The notes under the pieces are model-generated. The model was not told the origin of the DNA, did no database searches, and saw nothing but the letters and a program-made list of their open reading frames with translations. Both the position numbers and the translations under genes were made by a program. A stretch of 64,000 nucleotides of DNA. It comes from Deltaproteobacteria bacterium. Lineage in GTDB: Bacteria > Myxococcota > Myxococcia > SLRQ01. The stretch spans positions 38,661-102,660 of the forward strand of contig SLRQ01000050.1 of the NCBI GenBank assembly GCA_007130885.1, given 5' to 3'. The number at the start of each line of letters is the position of its first letter. Within the stretch, counting starts at the first letter, position 1. Shown here piece by piece: positions 62,273 through 64,000 of this stretch.

Positions 62273-63304
62273 ATGTCAGAACCTATGCTGTCCATCGAGA
62301 ACTTGGTCACGGCGTTCGAGACCGACGATGGGAGAGTGACCGCCGTCGACGATGTCTCCATATCGATGGAGGAGGGGAAGACATTGGGCGTAGTCGGGGA
62401 ATCGGGTTGCGGTAAGAGTGTTACAGCTCTATCGATTCTACGCCTTATTCCCAATCCGCCGGGGCGGATTTTGGGGGGTAGGATCATGTATCGAGGTGAG
62501 AACCTTCTTGCCAAGTCCGAAGAAAAGATGCGCGGAATTCGGGGGAAGAAGATCTCCATGATCTTTCAGGAACCCATGACCTCGCTAAACCCGGTGTTCA
62601 CCATAGGTGACCAGATCGGGGAAACGGTTCGGCTCCACGAGGGTGTCTCGAAGCGGATTGCGCGGGCGAAGGCGACGGAAATGCTCGATTTGGTCGGCAT
62701 TCCGGACCCCGCGGAGCGCGTAGACACCTATCCGCATCAGCTTTCGGGAGGAATGCGGCAGCGCGTAATGATCGCCATGGCCCTCGCGTGCGATCCGGAT
62801 CTATTGATCGCCGATGAGCCGACCACGGCGCTCGATGTCACCATCCAGGCCCAAATCCTCGACTTGCTCAAGAAGTTGCAAGAAGAGCGAGGTATGGCCG
62901 TCATGTTGATTACACATGATTTGGGCGTGGTAGCCGAGACATGCAGCGACGTCGTGGTGATGTATGCCGGGAAAGTCATCGAGCGTGCCGGGGTGGCCGA
63001 GATTTTCGAGACGCCGCGTCATCCCTACACCTCCGGACTGCTGGCTTCGATTCCGGGACGGCATGCCCGATCTAGACGAGGTGCCGATCCAGGCGCGGAA
63101 AGCTCACGGAGCATGGGAAGAACGAGGCTCCCCGCTATTCCTGGGACGGTGCCGAGTTTGCTGGATCTGCCGGGTGGCTGCAGGTTCCGGACTCGCTGCC
63201 AGGAAGAAGTGCCGGAGTGCGCTGCCGGAGAGCCGAGACTTTCTGAATGGACTCGGGGGCATCACGTTGCGTGCGTCAAGGGACCAAGGGAGAAGGCTTC
63301 ATGA
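62273..63304 (+). CDS. ABC transporter ATP-binding protein (OppD/DppD-like)
   Basis: [10 protein letters not shown] Walker [16 protein letters not shown] signature, [12 protein letters not shown] Walker B. Confidence 0.85.
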   Translation: MSEPMLSIENLVTAFETDDGRVTAVDDVSISMEEGKTLGVVGESGCGKSVTALSILRLIPNPPGRILGGRIMYRGENLLAKSEEKMRGIRGKKISMIFQEPMTSLNPVFTIGDQIGETVRLHEGVSKRIARAKATEMLDLVGIPDPAERVDTYPHQLSGGMRQRVMIAMALACDPDLLIADEPTTALDVTIQAQILDLLKKLQEERGMAVMLITHDLGVVAETCSDVVVMYAGKVIERAGVAEIFETPRHPYTSGLLASIPGRHARSRRGADPGAESSRSMGRTRLPAIPGTVPSLLDLPGGCRFRTRCQEEVPECAAGEPRLSEWTRGHHVACVKGPREKAS

Positions 63305-64000
63305 AAGATGACGACGTCCTTCTCGAGTGCGAGAACCTCAAGACCTATTTTCCGGTTCGAGGCGGGGTTCTGAGTCGAAAGGTCGGCGATGTGCGAGCCG
63401 TGGATGGCGTAAGCCTCCAGGTTCGAAAAGGGGAAACCGTCGGCTTGGTGGGAGAGTCGGGCTGCGGAAAGTCCACTTTGGGCCGTACTTTGCTCAAGCT
63501 TTACGAGCCCACCTCGGGCAAGATTCGCTTCCAGGGAAGAGACATAACCAACTATGGATCTGGCCGAATGCGGCCGCTTCGCCGCAAGCTGCAGATGATA
63601 TTCCAGGATCCCTATGCATCGCTCAACCCTAGGATGACGGTGGGTAGTATCGTTGGTGAGGCCCTCATCATCCACGGCCTCGAGGATAGCCGCTCCAGGA
63701 AAAAGCGGGTTATGGAGCTACTCGAGAAAGTGGGCTTGCTCCCGGATGCAGCCGACAGGTATCCACATGAGTTCTCCGGTGGACAGCGGCAACGGATAGG
63801 AATTGCCAGGGCCTTGTCCGTCTCGCCGGAGGTCATCATCGCGGATGAGCCTGTAAGTGCGCTTGATGTCTCCATCCAAGCCCAGGTAATCAACCTTCTG
63901 AAGGATCTGCAGGAGGAGTTCTCGCTTACCTACATTTTCATCGCCCACGATCTCAATGTAGTGGAGTACTTCTCGGATCGAGTCGCGGTGATGTACCTCG
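63301..64000 (+). CDS. ABC transporter ATP-binding protein (OppF/DppF-like), 3' truncated by window end
   Basis: Hand translation from ATG 63301 (ATGA overlap with the preceding stop) gives [19 protein letters not shown]...[15 protein letters not shown]...[15 protein letters not shown]...[11 protein letters not shown]. Not in the ORF track because it has no in-window stop. Confidence 0.8.
   Translation, partial: MKDDDVLLECENLKTYFPVRGGVLSRKVGDVRAVDGVSLQVRKGETVGLVGESGCGKSTLGRTLLKLYEPTSGKIRFQGRDITNYGSGRMRPLRRKLQMIFQDPYASLNPRMTVGSIVGEALIIHGLEDSRSRKKRVMELLEKVGLLPDAADRYPHEFSGGQRQRIGIARALSVSPEVIIADEPVSALDVSIQAQVINLLKDLQEEFSLTYIFIAHDLNVVEYFSDRVAVMYL

Overview
This 64-kb window is high-GC (~60%+) bacterial chromosome. 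Several genes (Lol-like exporter, OM beta-barrel candidate, DUF4388, CHASE2 cyclase, hybrid histidine kinases) suggest a diderm, Myxococcota/deltaproteobacteria-like host; that assignment is inference only. Many adjacent genes overlap by ATGA/TAATG, which indicates tight operons. Three regions stand out. (1) 1-21973, minus strand: a ~22-kb co-directional cluster of OM beta-barrel, ABC ATPase, two FtsX permeases, LolA-like protein, an extended TetR regulator, a 3409-aa type I fatty-acid synthase (AT-ER-DH-MPT-ACP-KR-KS), AcpS, and a single-chain acyl-CoA carboxylase (BC-BCCP-CT) that runs off the left edge. The carboxylase is absent from the supplied ORF track because it has no in-window stop. 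(2) 41670-53730, plus strand: recC, then two inserted genes (a CxxC hypothetical and a B12-binding radical SAM enzyme), then recB and recD. The insert sits where E. coli carries ptrA and is the best candidate here for an undescribed module physically embedded in RecBCD. (3) 56427-64000: two lipoproteins plus a peptide/nickel-type ABC importer; its second ATPase is truncated by the right edge. The remainder is housekeeping and signalling genes (proC, gap, Fe-ADH, aminotransferase, OPT transporter, M48 peptidase, YjbQ, a PMI-nucleotidyltransferase fusion, TauE). No rRNA, tRNA, CRISPR array, transposase or integrase was recognised. Every family assignment comes from motif recognition in the translated ORFs, not from database searches.
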